Shown here: piece by piece, positions 27,076 through 38,535 of the stretch | How positions within the stretch are numbered: the first letter of the stretch is position 1 | Layout of the letters: every line of letters begins with the position of its first letter | Assembly: GCA_013239625.1 (NCBI GenBank) | Contig: MU053934.1 | Span: 2,436,399-2,500,398 of the forward strand | Origin: Lama guanicoe | Taxonomy: Eukaryota | Length of the DNA stretch: 64,000 nucleotides | Direction: 5' to 3' | The notes under the pieces: generated by a model | The model's database searches: none | Told to the model about the DNA's origin: nothing | Seen by the model: the letters and a program-made list of their open reading frames with translations, nothing else | Program-made: the position numbers and the translations under genes

Positions 27076-28304
27076 CATCCAAAACCCAAGGATGCTCAGA
27101 AAGGTGCAGTGGTAGGGATGGGACTGAAATGCAGTCCTTCTGTCCACAGGAACTGTGCTCAAGCTCCCAGCCATGAAGCTGACTCAACAGCCGACCAGGA
27201 TCAGGAGTTGAAGGCACCAGTGCCACTGTCCCAAAGGAGAAGAAGTGATCCTGGTGGTGAACCTAGGGGAATTCTGCTGTTTTTAAAATGTCAGAAGTCT
27301 TATGGGAAAGAGGAATGTTTTTGGCTGGGTGCAGCAAAGAGTTTCCATATTTCGGACCAATTCCAATTGAGGAGAACTGGCAGTCGGAAGCTCCGTGCAG
27401 AGCAGAATCTCGAGGCTGAGCCCAGGCTCCCAGGGAAAGTGTGCTGTGGTCGACTGGCAATGCCTGCCTTGGCCTCGACATGGCTGAGCAGCAGTATATG
27501 CTACTCTGGATTAGATGAGTTCCCTGGGGCTGGCCCTGAGTTTGACTCATCTTTTTATTTCCAGGGCCCAGTGGTGTGCCTGAAACAGAGCAACCACTCA
27601 ATAAATATTTCAGGGAAGGAGGGAAAGAGGTTGGAAAGGAGAGGGAAAGGGAAATTGACTTTCAAGGAGGCCAGGTCTAGGGCCAGTGGGTAGAATCCCA
27701 GGCTGGAAATCTGATTTGCCTACTTGCTCTGATCACAGCAATCCCTTCCTTTGGGGATGCACCCCTCCTCCATTCCATTTGGTTACAGCAGCAGGCCTGC
27801 CAATCCCAAGGTCCCGCCCCTCCTACCCAGGGGCAGCCTGTGACTCAAGCTGGGCAACCTGACTCTATTTCCCAGAATCTGAACTTTGATGAGAGGCCCT
27901 CAGAGAGAGAGCCTGGAGAGGTTGTCCCCAAACTCAGCCACCCAAGAGAAAGTGGGGGATCCACGTCTGTGGGACCCCTGAGATGGTACTCAGACACTCC
28001 TAACCTTAAAGCCATCTCTTTCAGGACCAGCAGCCAAAGGCACAGGAATGACTGGGAAAACTGGCATCCTGAGGCGATCCAGGCATCCTGCCCCTCCCGC
28101 ATTCCAGCAGCTCTGCCCGTTGTGTGCCAGTAAACACCGCCACCCCCAGTTTTTCCTGCTCAATTATTCAAAGTTAGTTTCTGTGGCTTGAAATCGAAGA
28201 ACCCCAATCAATATTATACAGTTTCTCAAGAAGGAGGAACTGGCCTGCAATCAGAACTATTCAATCGGAAAAGATCTTGAGTTGGAACTTGAGAAAAGAG
28301 TAAA

Positions 28305-28640
28305 ATGGACTGAATGTTTTTGGGCCCCTAAATTCCTCTGTTGAGTCCTAATGGGCTGGTATTTGGAGGTCGGGCCTTTGGGAAGGACACCCCCAGGATG
28401 GGATTCGTGCCCTCCAATGAAGAGGAAGAGAGCTAGCTTTCTCTCTCTCTCTCTCCCTCGGGAAGATACAGAGAGAAGACAGCTGTCTGTAAACCAGGAA
28501 GAGGACTTTCACAGAGAATTCGACCACACTGGCAGCCTGAACCCGAACGTCCAGCCTCCAGAACCAAGACGAATAAATGTCTGCTGTTTAGGCCCCCCAA
28601 CCTGAGGTGTTCTGGTAGAGCGAGCAGTGCTGAGACACAG
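28305..28640 (+). mobile_element. MaLR LTR (MLT1A-like)
   Basis: atggactgaatgttt...gtatttggagg...tccagcctccagaac...aataaatgtctgctgttta. Confidence 0.7.
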
Positions 28641-28903
28641 GGATTGGGGATCCATCTGGTGGGAAGGCCGTTGAGTGGGAAATGGGAGGGACAGTCAAGA
28701 GCCCTGTAGGCAGTGAGTCGTGAGTTAGATTCCCTCCCTTCTGGATGCAGCCCTTAGGCAAGTCAGTTGGCTCTCTGAGCCTCCATGTCTGTGAAATGAG
28801 GCAAGGAGCCTGTTTATCTCATCGGGTCCCTGTAAGGCAATGGGGATAATGGGTGAAGCGCTCAGCATAGTTTGGGTTTCTCCCCTCTTCAGGGTCCTTG
28901 TGC

Positions 28904-29413
28904 TGAGGTGGGAAGCCCCATAAAAAAGACTGGCAGGACTCCCAGGCAGAGCCACTGCTCTCCTGCCAGCACCATCCAGTTCCTTGGCCCAGCGGCTCTA
29001 TCTCGCTTTTTGCCTCTGAAACGGCTTACTTCTAGGAAAGTGGAACTTACGCCTAAAATTCTATTGGTTCCCTAAGCTAACTCCTGATTGGTCCATTTGT
29101 AGTACTTCATTTGCATGGAGCTCATTCTTGATTGGTTATTTCTCTCCCTCCTGATTGGTCCATTTCTACAAAGCTTGTTCCTAATTAGTCAGTTTTTGTT
29201 ATACCTTATTTGCATATGATGTTGCAAAGTATAAAACTGGCAGCCTATAAAAGCCTGTGTAAAACTACGGATCGGGTCCAGAGCTTGGAGTGTTAACTCC
29301 TCTAGGCCTGCTGGTGTAATAAACCTGAGTTCTCCAACTCAGAGTGCTGCGTGGTCTCTCACCCGGATCCAGGTTGCTGTCACAACTGACCTGTAACACA
29401 TTTTTCTGCAACA
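28904..29413 (+). mobile_element. ERV1-class solo LTR (510 bp) with intact promoter motifs
   Basis: TG...CA ends and a perfect 4-bp TSD GTGC (28900-28903 / 29414-29417). Four ATTGG, two ATTTGCAT, TATAAAA at 29246 and AATAAA at 29318. Confidence 0.9.
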
Positions 29414-30614
29414 GTGCAAAGAGGAGTCATATGAGAGCAATATGTCTTATAACCACAGTTAGCACCTGCCTGCCAGACACCAGCACAGATTCCTTCATGA
29501 CTCTTCAAAGTGATAACAACTAGCCTCAATCCACAGATGCCTGTTGTGAGCCCAGAGAGGTTAAATCCACTATCCTCAAGGCCACCCAGCCAGCCAGCAG
29601 GAGGCTGGACTTGAACCCAGGCACTTTCCAACCAGAGCCCCAGAACTTTTCCAGGACCTGTGCTGACTCCCCCTGGGAGAGACCCAAATCCCTCCCTACA
29701 GTAAGGCCCCTTGATGGCAGACAGGGGGTCTCAAACTCACAGAGGGGCCTCAAAGCCCCAAGAAGCTGTGGGTCCCATTAGAGACAAGATGCCCACGTGG
29801 AAAAGCTTAGTGAACTTAGAAGGTAAAGCATATGGAGGGGGCCCAGGGAACTAGGAAGACGCTGGGGAGGGAGGACCCCTCTGCCTGAATTTCAGGCCAT
29901 ATCCAGTGTCTCCAGAAAGAAAGGACAAGAAGCCACCACCCTAATCCTGAGGCTCCCAGGGAAGCAGTAAATTCCTGGGAGAAAACAGGTTCCCACAGGC
30001 TTTATCCTCCCTCCCCACCCCCACCCCTCTCACTGCTGTAGGCAGCTCTTGCTGTGGGGGGAGAGGAGTAGGGGGAAGGGAGGAAGAGAGGGTCCTCTTA
30101 TCCTGGGGAAGGGGAGGGTGTGCATGTGCACACACATACACACACACAATAAGAGAGGGCAGGGCGGCTCAGGCACAGAGCTGATGGGCTCCAGGGCTCA
30201 CCAGGTCCCACCTGGTTCCTCAGGCAGTGCCTCTGGCAGGGTCCACAGAAAGAGGGTGGCTGGGTGCAGCCAGGACGTGGGTCTCCCAGATTGGAGTCTG
30301 GGCAAGCACACACCCAGCTTCTCCCAGACAGGATATTTCTCCAACCCCCTTCGTCTCTCCACAGACCCCCAAGATGAAACAATGAAAAGGAAGAGCATGG
30401 ATTTGGAGCCAGGGATCAGGTTTCCAGACTCACTCTGACACTAACTCCCGCCCCTCCCTGGGCCTCCAGTTCCACAGCCATCAAACAAGGGGGTTGGACT
30501 CCATTTCCAAGGTCCCCTCTGGCTCCAATGTTCTGAGAGTTGAGGATTACAAGTTGGGGCCAGGTTTCCCCCATCTCTCCAGAGGCCTCAGAGATCCCAG
30601 ATGGAGGAAGAATT

Positions 30615-31340
30615 TTTTAAAATGAAATATAGTTGATGTACAATATTATATATTATAGGTATACAGGATAGTGATTCACAATTTTTAAAGGTTATACTCC
30701 ACTTATATTTATTATACAATATTGGCTATCTTCCCTGTGCTGTACAATATATCCTTGTAGCTTATTTTACCCCTAATAGTTTGTACCTCTTAATCCCCCA
30801 CCCCTATCCTGCCACTCCCCACTTCCCTGTCTGGCTAGGTAGCCACTAATTTGTTCTCTGTATCTGTGAGTCTGCTTCTTTTTTTGTTATATTCACTAGG
30901 TTGTATTTTTTTTAGATTTTGCACATAAGTGATAAAATATAGTATTTGTCTTTCTCTGGCTGATTTACTTCACTTAATATGATAATGTCTTGTTCCATCC
31001 ATGTTGCTGCAAATGGCAAGATTTCATTCTTTTTTATGGCTGAGTAGTATTCCAATGTGCATATATACCACCTCTTCTTTATCCAGTCATCTGTTGATGG
31101 ACACTTAGGTTGCTTCCATATCTTGGCAATTGTAAATAATGCTGCTATGAATACACTGGGGTGCATTATCTTTTTTAATTAGTCAGGTTTGTTTTTGTTT
31201 TTTGTATTTGTTTTTTGTATATATATCCAGGAGTAGAATTACTGGGTCATATGGTAGTTCTATTTTTAGTGTTTTGAGAAATCACCATACTGTTTTCCAC
31301 AGTGGCTGCACCAATTTACATTCCCACCAACAGTGTAGAA
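30615..31340 (-). mobile_element. L1 3' end (ORF2 C-terminal remnant + 3' UTR)
   Basis: ORF 30912..31166 ([44 protein letters not shown]) is the L1 ORF2 C-terminus. Confidence 0.92.
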
Positions 31341-31949
31341 GGGCAGATGTAGGAGGAATTTGGGCAGAGGCTTGGATGGATGGACGGGCTCTGGCCCCTA
31401 CTGTCCCCTTCTGCTAAGCCAAGTTGCAAGCCAGCAGGCAGGGTGGGTGGCACAGGCAGGAGAACAGAGGGGAGAACTTGCCCCTGGTGATGGAACAGAG
31501 GGCAGGGCCCAACTGGGCCCTATTGTACCCCCACCCCACTCCTGGGCCCCTGGCATCCAAAGCCAGCTTGCCAAGAGAATTAGATGCCAAGCGGAGACTT
31601 CTCGGAGCAGGGGTTGGGGGTGAGGAGCAAATGGGGGAGCAGGGAGGGGAAAGCAGGGGGAAACCTCCCGAGGCTGCTCTCCTCCCCTCTTGTTTGGATC
31701 TCAGACCCACCTGGGAGCTCCCTCTGGAAGCTTACTGCAGCCATGGGGTCCTGATGTGGGGGGTGGGCACACGGATGTGGCGGGAGGCTGGTGGACCTGC
31801 CCCACCCTATTAGGCTGCTTTACAAGTTAAAGTAGCTATGGAGTGAAGGGCCGCCTCTTAGGATCCTAAAAGTTAAAATTCTTTATGAATCAAGAGTCTC
31901 ATTGCCAATGCTGGACCCTTAGGCTTGGGGCTGAAGAAGGATTCTTGGA

Positions 31950-32183
31950 TCAGTGTTTTTCAAACTGCAGGTTGTGACCGACTGGTGGATTTTTTTGAAA
32001 TTAATTTAGTGAGTCACACTCAGAATTTAATAATAATGATGATAACAAAATAGAAGAGAAAATAGCAGAGTAAGAGTAAATGGTCTTGTGAAACTCTTGT
32101 TTCAGTTTTGTGTGTTGTGCCAAGTTGTGATGTAATGTATGTCGTCCTCCTGATCGCAGTTAAGAAACCTTGAAAAGCCACTG
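31950..32183. mobile_element. hAT/Charlie-type MITE
   Basis: TIR-like cagtgtttttcaa ... ttgaaaagccactg. A related copy lies at 58895-59127. Confidence 0.6.
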
Positions 32184-33025
32184 CCTTGGATCACATGTCC
32201 AACCCTTTGTTCACCAGCATGGGAAAGTGAGCTGGCAGGCAAGGCCCTTCCCATCCGGCCTCGACCTACCAGTCTCAGTCCCTGTCTCACCCAAGAGACC
32301 ACATGTTTTGCCACACCCAGCCAGGGACCCCTCAGCTGCATGCAGCTACCTGCATGCACACCTCTTTGCTTCCTTCAAATTCCCCTTTCTCTCAGCCTAA
32401 CGCCCAGTTCTGTCTTCACCCAAGGAGGCCCTGTTCACATGATACTCCCCCAGGGGGCTGCACAGGGTGGCCCTTCATTGTTGGCAGCCCCACGATCTGC
32501 CACAGCACAGCACTCACCCTCTATAGATATCCTGGTCCACATGGGGGAGCGGGGGCAGGGCTGAGCACACTCTGATTTAATGAATGAAGGAATGAAATCA
32601 TTCATTTAAGATAAATGAATGAATATTGACTGAAGGTTGAGTTGCTCTGGGATTGGGGGTCCTGGTGCAAAGGCTGGATGCTTTAGTGTCATCCAACAAT
32701 TGCTGTGCACCTACTAAGCGCCATACACCCGACAAGCTACTTGGAATACCAGACCAACCGGAATAAGGGGACTTTCCTTAAGGAATTCATGATCCAATGT
32801 GAGAGACAGGCAAGTAAATCACCACCCCAGTGTGGAAAGAGCCCCAATAAGCGTACATGCCTAAGGGGACCCCAGGGAGCTGATGACACTGTGCCAGCAT
32901 CTAAGATGATGACAAGAGCCCCCAGGGCAAGGACTAAAGCAGGGTGGGGTGGGGTGGGCAAAAATTCTCTTACTACTTTGTAGGTCCTTTATAGCACAAG
33001 ACACTTTAAAATAATTTTTAAATCA

Positions 33026-33405
33026 TTTTAAGTGAAGTAAATCAGACAAAGACAAATATCACGTGATATCACTTATATGTGGAATCTAAAGAAATGATAA
33101 CAAATGAATTATTTACAAAACAGAAAGAGACTCTCAGACATAGAAAACAAACTTATGGTTACCAAAGGGGAAAGGTGGGGAGGGATAAATTAGGAGTTTG
33201 AGATTAGCAGACAAAAACTATCTATAAAATAGATAAACAAGGTCCTACTGTATAGCACAGGGAACTATATTCAATAGTTTTTAATAACCTATAATGAAAA
33301 AGAATATGAAAAATAATATATATATAACTGAATCACTGTGCTGTGCACCAGAAACTAATACTACATTGTAAATCAACTATACTTCAACTAAAAAATTAAA
33401 AAAAA
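33026..33405 (+). mobile_element. L1 3' UTR with A-rich tail
   Basis: aagtgaagtaaatcagac...gggataaattaggagtttg...actgaatcactgtgctgtgcaccagaaact...aaatcaactatacttcaa. Confidence 0.9.
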
Positions 33406-34285
33406 TTTTTTTACACTTACGTATTTAACTCCCCCACTAGACAGTAAACTGCAGGAGAGAGGGTTTGGCGCTTGCCTTGCTGTGCTGCATACCAATGCTG
33501 GGCACCATCTCTGGGGCCACATACTATCGAATTAAATATTTACTGAATGGATAGTCAGGAAACAGCAAATGGTTCAGGTTGGCCTGAAAGTCAAGAGCAA
33601 GGAGGAAGTGGTAGAAAGAAGGGCCCCAGACCACGGAAGGCACTTGTGCCCTGCTAAGGGCTACGTCTTTTTTTTTGCAGGCACTGAGGAGCCACAAGAG
33701 GCTTTGTAAGGGAGACAGGTCAAAGATTCACGGTTTAGAAAATTCCACTGGCTTTGGTGTGCAGGGTGGGCTCCTGGGGCCCAAGTGGGCAGCTGAGAAA
33801 GCGAATGGAGAAACAACCCAGGCAAGGAGACTGCAATATAGAGGCAGCCAAGCGGGGCTCGCTGGCGCAGAGGAATTTGCGTGCTGCAGGTGTGCGCGGT
33901 CAAGGCCAAGCCCGGCTCCTGGCGCCGGTCAACCGCTCACATCTCGGCTCCTCCCTCCGCAGGTGCGCAGGAGAGGGCCTCCTTCACTTCCCGCCTCAGC
34001 GCAGCCCTAGGAGATTCGTGCCAAACCCCAGGCAGTTAGAACGCTCAGAAATTTTGACTTTACACTTAAATTTGTATCTTATTTTTCTCTTTTTAAAAAA
34101 TCAGCTCACATTTTAACATACGCATATATGTTTAAAGTGAACATTAGATGAATGTATGCGGGGTCATTGTACTATTATTCTCTCTGCCCTTGTATGTGTG
34201 AACATTTCCGGACTCAAAATGTGACGTGAGTATGATGTCACGACGATATATGTATGTGGAAGACTAAGGGCCATAAAGTCATTCT

Positions 34286-34399
34286 TTTTTTTTTTAACAT
34301 TTTTTGTTGATTTATAATTATTTTACAGTGGTGTGTCAAATTCCAGTGTTCTGCACAATTTTTCAGTCATTCATGGACATATACACACTCATTGTCACA
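34286..34399 (-). mobile_element. 114-bp L1 3'-terminal insertion
   Basis: Poly(T) followed by the reverse complement of the L1 tail seen at 21980-22080. Perfect 14-bp TSD cataaagtcattct (34272-34285 / 34400-34413). Confidence 0.9.
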
Positions 34400-34487
34400 C
34401 ATAAAGTCATTCTAAACTCTAGATGGAAACTCTTAAATCATCACACACACAAAAGCCTTGTGTTTCAATTTATCTGGCTCCTATTTC

Positions 34488-34610
34488 TTTTTTTTTTTTT
34501 TTGCGGGGGGAGGTAATTAGATTTATTTATTTTAATGGGGGTACTGGGGATTGAAGCCAGGGCCTCCTGTAGTCTAGGTGTGCACTCTACCACTGAGTAT
34601 ACCCTCCCCC
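34488..34610 (-). mobile_element. Camelid tRNA-derived SINE (Vic-1-like)
   Basis: Reverse complement ggggagggtatactcagtggtagagtgcac...cctggcttcaatccccagtaccccca...aaataaatctaattacctcccc + poly(A). Confidence 0.85.
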
Positions 34611-35059
34611 ACCCCGCATCCCCTCCTCTTTTCTCTTGCCCAGGACTCCCCGTATGAGATCTGCCTTTCCTTTCCTAAAAAGGGAGATTGCTAAGGTGTT
34701 AGAGAAATCCTGCAAAAGACGTTCTTCTTGACGCTGATGAGGATTTACTGCAACGTGAAATAGAAGCAGCTCGCTGTTTTTAAAAACTGAACACTGGCAA
34801 ACAAGACAGGGAGTAAGGCTGAAGTTAGAGTCACGAACACAAGGGGGTTCGGGTTACTTCCGACCACTGGGGACGCGAAGTCAGTAAGCAAAATAGCTGT
34901 ATTAAAACCCAAGTCGTGCGGTTTTAGAGTTCTGGCTCTTACTAAGCCACACCATGTAAGTTGGCGGAGGCAGTTAACTTTTTAAAAGTGGAGTTCGATG
35001 TCAGGCACTCAGCAGACAACGGGTGGGCTGGGTCGTCCTTGAAAGGAGGCCGATTTTCC

Positions 35060-35760
35060 TCCCATCCCACTCCTGGCTTTCCGGTAGCTCTCCCCCAGCT
35101 TTCTGGCCCGACTATCCCTGCCTGCTCGTTCCGCGGGTCCAAGGCTCAGGCCAGCGGGATGGGAGGGGGCGCAGGTGCGTCGAGCCGGGCCTGAGCCGGG
35201 CGTGGCCGGGGATCGTGCGCGCCCCGACGGGAGCCCGCGCCCCTGGGCAGCCTCCGGGGTGGCTAGGCGAGGCGGGGCAGCGCTGCGCTTCCCGGCAGGA
35301 AGGCGCTGGGGGGCGCGGCCTTGGAAGGACGCCCCGCGCGCCCGGGCGGCGGCGAGCGGCGGAAGGACGCAGGTGACGACAGCCGCTCCAAAGGGGCGCG
35401 CGGGCCGCGCTCACCTAATAAGGGCAGGCGCGGCGCGGGCGGGGCGGAGCCGGCGTGTGCGGGGCGAGGGGGCGGGGCAGCCCACCCTGCGGCCCCGCCC
35501 CGGAGCCAGACTGAACCTCCGCGGAAAACTGCTGCAAGGGCGGGCCCCTGCAGTGATGCCCCCAGATGCCCTAAGGTCCTTTCGGGGAACTCCCCGCACC
35601 GCCCCACCAACCCTGCCCAGCCCGTCTCCAGGCTGAGACCGCGCCGGCTCCGTCCTCCCGGGGATGAACTTGGCCGACTCCCCTTGTGACTTTGGGTGGG
35701 CTTCTTCACTTCACCTTGGCTACAGGTCCTCACTGGGTACCTGGGGGCCGCATCGGGAGT
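35060..35760. promoter_or_regulatory. Orphan CpG island with CArG box and GC boxes
   Basis: About 700 bp of very high GC and CpG. CCTAATAAGG at 35414-35423 and GC boxes at ~35441, ~35469 and ~35493. No credible coding exon attached. Confidence 0.85.
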
Positions 35761-35940
35761 ACCTTTACCTTGGAGCACTTATCGAGCCTCACGGTCAGAT
35801 GGTGCACCTTCTCAGCCCTGTCTGCCCCAAGTGGATGCTTTTTTTATTGGCACTAAGGAAGTCACTGTACCTCAGACGCAGCCCAGGGCCTGGCTAAACA
35901 TTAGCCATTGATCCACCCGAAGTGTTTGGCTGACTGAACC

Positions 35941-36378
35941 TGTGAACGAAAAATAACTGCAAACCGTATCAGTAAATAAAGAATGCTGAAGCCATCAGGT
36001 CATCAGCCGCTGCCGCCACCCACAATGGTGCACTCTGAGGGGACTCAGAATACGAAAGGACAGGATACTGGCCCTAGATAGCTAGGTGCTTGTCAAAGGA
36101 ATGAATTCAATGAGCCCAAATGTTTGCTTCCTCCCGTACAGAGAAAAGCACTAAATTCTTTAACTTGAGATGCCTGGTTTTCTTTAAGTAACAAATAATC
36201 TTATTGTTCCAACTACCTGGTCTTTGTTGTAAAGCTTCTATATATCCCAGCTCCCCCTCTACCTCTTCGGAGCAGTCCCTCAGAGCAATCCCGGGCTGGA
36301 AGGGGTTCGAGTCCTCAGAAATGTCCGCCAAATAAAACAACTCTCAACTTTTAGGCTGTGCGTTTATTTCAGTCATCA
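35941..36378 (+). mobile_element. ERV1-class solo LTR (438 bp)
   Basis: TG...CA ends, perfect 4-bp TSD AACC (35937-35940 / 36379-36382), TATA-like tatatat ~36239 and AATAAA ~36331. Confidence 0.9.
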
Positions 36379-36587
36379 AACCCTTTTTGGTGAGACAAGA
36401 CTCTAAACCTAAGAGGAAGTGTCCGGCATGAGTCAGACCACTGGTCACCTGGCCTCCTGTCTTCTCCCTCCAAGCTGTCCTCACAGACCAGATCCTTTTA
36501 ACAACCTAATCTCTCCAATTGCTCTTCTGCGACCTCCATTCCACTCCTTAAAGCCTTCACAGCCTCCCAGGTGCCCACAGGATATGT

Positions 36588-37089
36588 CGAAGGGGAGCAA
36601 AAGATATTACCGCAAAATACACCTTTTTGGTATATTGATTATTTTAAGCTGGCTATTTAAAAAAAAACAGAATGTTACCTTTTTTTGTAAGAAACATTTA
36701 CATTTATAAGAAAAATACTTGTAACGGTGTCTCCCTCTCTGTTCCAGAAAGAGTAGGATGATTCTGTCTCCAGAAACTCTTATCCAGGGAGAAGATAAGG
36801 ACTCACTTAAATCTGCATAACAATTTTACTCTCCTTTACTGTGTTTTTCCTCATAACTTCCTGTAACTGACTCTCCAGCTGCAACATCTTCTTTTGTCTT
36901 AGCTTAAGATGCTGTTTAAGGCGATGGCTTCAGCCATTTTGGAGAGTTACTCAGGTTTCCTGGGTATCTCACATGTATACAAGAGGTGTACACGGTATTA
37001 AACTTTTTTTTTTCTTGTTAATCTATCTTATGTCAAGAGGTGGCCAAAGAACCCAGAAGGAAAGAAGTAAAAAATTTTCCACTCCTGCA
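36588..37089 (+). mobile_element. MER34-like ERV1 solo LTR inside an L2 relic
   Basis: aggggagcaaaa...caaaatacacctttttggtatattgattattttaagctg...attaaac...gttaatct...ttttccactcctgca. Flanks atgt/gtgt. Confidence 0.7.
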
Positions 37090-37876
37090 GTGTCGACCCT
37101 CCCGGCTCAGTATACAGACCTCTGAACTTGCAGTTCCCTGGAGGCATCATGCTGTTACATGCTTACCTCATAGAAAGCCCTTCCCTTGCACACACTCAGA
37201 CATATGCTCATCCTTCACAAAGTTACCTCAGTGTCCTCCCCCTGACTTCTCTACTGATTACTTAATCTTTCTGAGCTTCAATTTCTTCATCTGCAAAATG
37301 AGAAGAAAATCATGCCCCTCTCACTGTGTCATTGTGAGGGGCCAATGAGTTAATGTCTGTACAACGCTCAAGACCGTGCTTGGCACACAGTACTGCTCAC
37401 AAAAATCTCTGTTGAACAAATTCATTTTACTGTGTTTAAATATCCGTGCATGTCATGTGAGTTCCATAAGGTCTGGACTTTTCCTTCTCCGCCTGTACAT
37501 TTCTGGTGCCTGGCACACAGTAGGTGCTGATTTTTGGTGAATAAGTGAATTTCAGGCAGTGATGGCTGCGGAAGGGGAGGAGGAAGTCCCTCACCAGAAG
37601 GAGCACCATTAACAGTGAGAAAATAAACCCCACATCTCTGGGATGTAGCACCTTCTGACTTTCCCTCTGCAGCCTCCTAGGATCTTCATGGCAACCCAGG
37701 AGAGGCGTGGGATAGCCATTGACCCTGTGGTCCAGGTGACTCTCTGAAATGTGCAGAGGTGAGTGACCCACAGTTACACAGTGGCTGGCAGAGCCAAGCC
37801 TCATCTGCTTTTAGTACTCAAAGTCCCATGTCCCAGGAACCCCTTTTAGTCTCAGGCAAACCAGGATGGCTGATCA

Positions 37877-38535
37877 TGTTGCCGATAGATGCAACCGGTG
37901 TTCCAGGTTCTTGTCCCATCCCAGAAAGAATTCAGAGACAAGATGTAATGGTTAAAAAAAGTAAAGTGAGGATTTATTAAAAGATGGATAGTACACTCTC
38001 AAGGGGAGAGCGGGTAGGCTCAGGCGAGCGGCTGCCCTGAGTTTCTTTGGCAAGTGAGTTACGTAGGGTGTAAAAAATGAATGGGCGGAATATTCATTGG
38101 GGAGAGAAGGGTTTGGGGTCGTATTCCCTGATTATCATCCCAACTCCACCTTCCCAAAGGGAGGAGGGATTATTGTCCTTATTTAGTCTGGATCGGAAGT
38201 GTCATGGCATCGGTGCGTGATGGGTACTTCTGACCTGCAAGGCTAATTTTATTGAAATGAGGGCATAATGAGCAAAAGGTTACATTCGGACACTGGAAAT
38301 TCCTGCCTTTTCTCACCCTTCTTTGTTCTTCTCCAGGCCACTTGTCACCCCAAAAAGCATGATCCCTTATCAGCCCAAAGGTTCCTGCTTTTCTTTATCT
38401 GCCCAGGGATCCCTGCTGCTTACATGATGTGTGGTTTCCTGTATTTGGCCTGTGCCCCTCCTTTCTGCCCAATTACTGTCATTTGGTCTGTGTCCCCCTT
38501 CTCTGCTCATATCTAGCTGTCTGCCTGCTCTAACA
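37877..38535 (-). mobile_element. ERV solo LTR (659 bp)
   Basis: tgttg...taaca inverted ends, flanks atca/gtca (3/4 TSD), and a minus-strand AATAAA at ~37973. Confidence 0.75.

Noticed and set aside
30912..31166. Protein-coding ORF with a recognisable sequence
   Set aside because: It is a decayed L1 ORF2 C-terminal fragment, not a host gene.
35023..35778. Arg/Gly/Pro-rich ORFs in the CpG island, or MYH9 exon 1
   Set aside because: Stop-poor GC-rich DNA explains the ORFs. The sequence does not resemble the MYH9 first exon as I recall it, and no myosin coding exons are present.
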